Assembly: GCA_040381435.1 (NCBI GenBank)
Contig: JBEIHI010000002.1
Coordinates: 1-35,883, forward strand
Reading direction: 5' to 3'
Length of the DNA stretch: 35,883 nucleotides
DNA from: Bacteriovoracaceae bacterium
GTDB taxonomy: Bacteria; Bdellovibrionota; UBA2394
A program made the translations under genes and the position numbers. The notes under the pieces are model-generated. The model had not been told where the DNA came from, did no database searches, and saw only the letters and a program-made list of their open reading frames with translations. Below, piece by piece: positions 34,954 through 35,883 of the stretch (the first letter of the stretch is position 1; each line of letters opens with the position of its first letter).

Positions 34954-35883
34954 TTAGTGCTGAGATAGAATTCCGGCCTGAAATGCTCGCAGTAATCCGT
35001 GCAGATCCCGCAGATACAAGAGAGCATCTAGGTCGCCATCGAACTTGTTCTCAGAGATTACACTCAAGTCATCCAAACTGAGGATCATCACTTTATCACC
35101 GGACAATTTCTCATCAGAGCGCAGATTTTTGGTCGCTCTCTCATACATCACCAAGACAGTGGATCCATTCAGCTCTGCGGGGTGAGCCCACTCAATGAGA
35201 CCCTTGGGTTGGTATCCAACCTTGATTTCATCCCCAAACACGCCCATCAGCCTCGTGCGACTGTACTTCCAACGATCATCTCGCATACTGGGATGAATGC
35301 GAGATAAGAGGTGCTCGCTTGGGCCCTCAAAGGGGCTCTTCTGAAACAGAATGACATTTAGATCACGACGACCTGAAGCCTCATACGCAATCAGACCCGA
35401 GAAGCGAGTTCCATAAAAGTCCTTTTGAATCACGCCGTCGGCTGAACTGATTTCAAGGCGGCTGTAGATGCGCTTGGAGTCAGGTGAAACTTGAGCACGG
35501 AACTTCTTTTTGCCAAGGCCGGCCCACACACTCGAAGGCAAAGTATGAATACTGTTATTCCACTTCAATGGAATCTCGGCATCACGTCCCAGCTTTGTCT
35601 TTATAAAAATCCAAAATTGGACCGCCTCGGCCATTTCCATCAAACGACCTTTCATAACTCCTGTCTGCCCCTGCTTTAGTTCCACGACATAGAGAAAAGG
35701 AGACCTCGAACTTTGGAAGACCAGTCGATTAGGCCCGCGGCTCTTCTTGGATGAGGGCCACAAAAAAATCGAAGGAAGCGATTCATTCTCAAACTCGTGC
35801 TCAACAACAATCCTTGATTCTACGTCACCAGCCTCATTCAAAAGAACAAACCTGCTTTCCTTCCAGCCATGATGAGAGCCTCG
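34954..35883 (-). CDS. Hypothetical protein, open at the right window edge (N-terminus probably outside the window)
   Basis: The track ORF starts at TTG 35841. The frame stays open for a further 14 codons (RGSHHGWKESRFVL) up to base 35883. I recognise no domain. Confidence 0.55.
   Translation of the reverse strand, partial: RGSHHGWKESRFVLLNEAGDVESRIVVEHEFENESLPSIFLWPSSKKSRGPNRLVFQSSRSPFLYVVELKQGQTGVMKGRLMEMAEAVQFWIFIKTKLGRDAEIPLKWNNSIHTLPSSVWAGLGKKKFRAQVSPDSKRIYSRLEISSADGVIQKDFYGTRFSGLIAYEASGRRDLNVILFQKSPFEGPSEHLLSRIHPSMRDDRWKYSRTRLMGVFGDEIKVGYQPKGLIEWAHPAELNGSTVLVMYERATKNLRSDEKLSGDKVMILSLDDLSVISENKFDGDLDALLYLRDLHGLLRAFQAGILSQH

Noticed and set aside
34937-34961. A small inverted repeat AGCAC...GTGCT between the convergent DUF2203-like gene and the last ORF, considered as a bidirectional terminator.
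   Set aside because: It has only 5 bp of stem, an 11-nt loop and no flanking T- or A-runs. It is too weak to call.
1-35883. A window-wide look for CRISPR arrays, IS elements or transposases, integrases, prophage genes, toxin-antitoxin pairs, restriction-modification genes, reverse transcriptases or other defence-island content.
   Set aside because: No spaced direct-repeat arrays or terminal inverted repeats were seen. No translation has recombinase, nuclease-defence or RT motifs. The gene content is housekeeping and signalling, so no such system is claimed.

Overview
This window looks like core chromosome of a Gram-negative bacterium. It encodes a LolB-like lipoprotein, many lipobox proteins and sigma54/NtrC-type signalling. 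A Bdellovibrionota-like origin is only a low-confidence guess.

Minus strand, left part (1-8762):
- rpoB, truncated at the left edge.
- rplL, rplJ, rplA, rplK, nusG, secE.
- A five-tRNA cluster in transcription order Thr(UGU), Gly, Tyr, Thr(GGU), Trp.
- A SpoU/TrmH-type rRNA methyltransferase and pyrF.

Plus strand, middle part (8782-26202):
- An unknown 447-aa protein coupled to an HD-GYP phosphodiesterase.
- An S41 peptidase lipoprotein.
- An orphan 10-Cys secreted protein, then a 320-nt ORF-free gap.
- A very tightly packed run: TPR protein, LolB-like lipoprotein, stand-alone MshEN domain protein, oppD, oppF, trpS, lipoprotein, FecR-like membrane protein, histidine kinase, NtrC-family sigma54 activator, folD.

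Right part:
- mutY, glutaryl-CoA-dehydrogenase-like ACAD and a CNNM/CorC protein, all on the minus strand.
- A DnaQ-like exonuclease and a PduO-type adenosyltransferase.
- Two head-to-head squalene/phytoene synthase paralogs.
- A split transketolase, a DUF2203-like protein, and an unknown ORF that is open at the right edge.

I saw no CRISPR, transposase, integrase, phage or recognisable defence genes.

Most interesting observations:
- Two sigma54-type (GGCAT-N5-TTGC) promoters bracket the Cys-rich secreted protein gene. The second precedes an approximately 100-nt non-coding, C-rich-motif transcript that ends at a strong intrinsic terminator, so it is a candidate sigma54-dependent sRNA.
- The only sigma54 activator in the window sits in a four-gene sensory module about 10 kb downstream.
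- Secondary points are the c-di-GMP components (sensor-less HD-GYP with an unknown partner, stand-alone MshEN), the overlapping divergent synthase paralogs, and a tRNA/secE locus lacking tuf and rpmG.

All functional calls rest on my reading of motifs in the translations. No database search was run.
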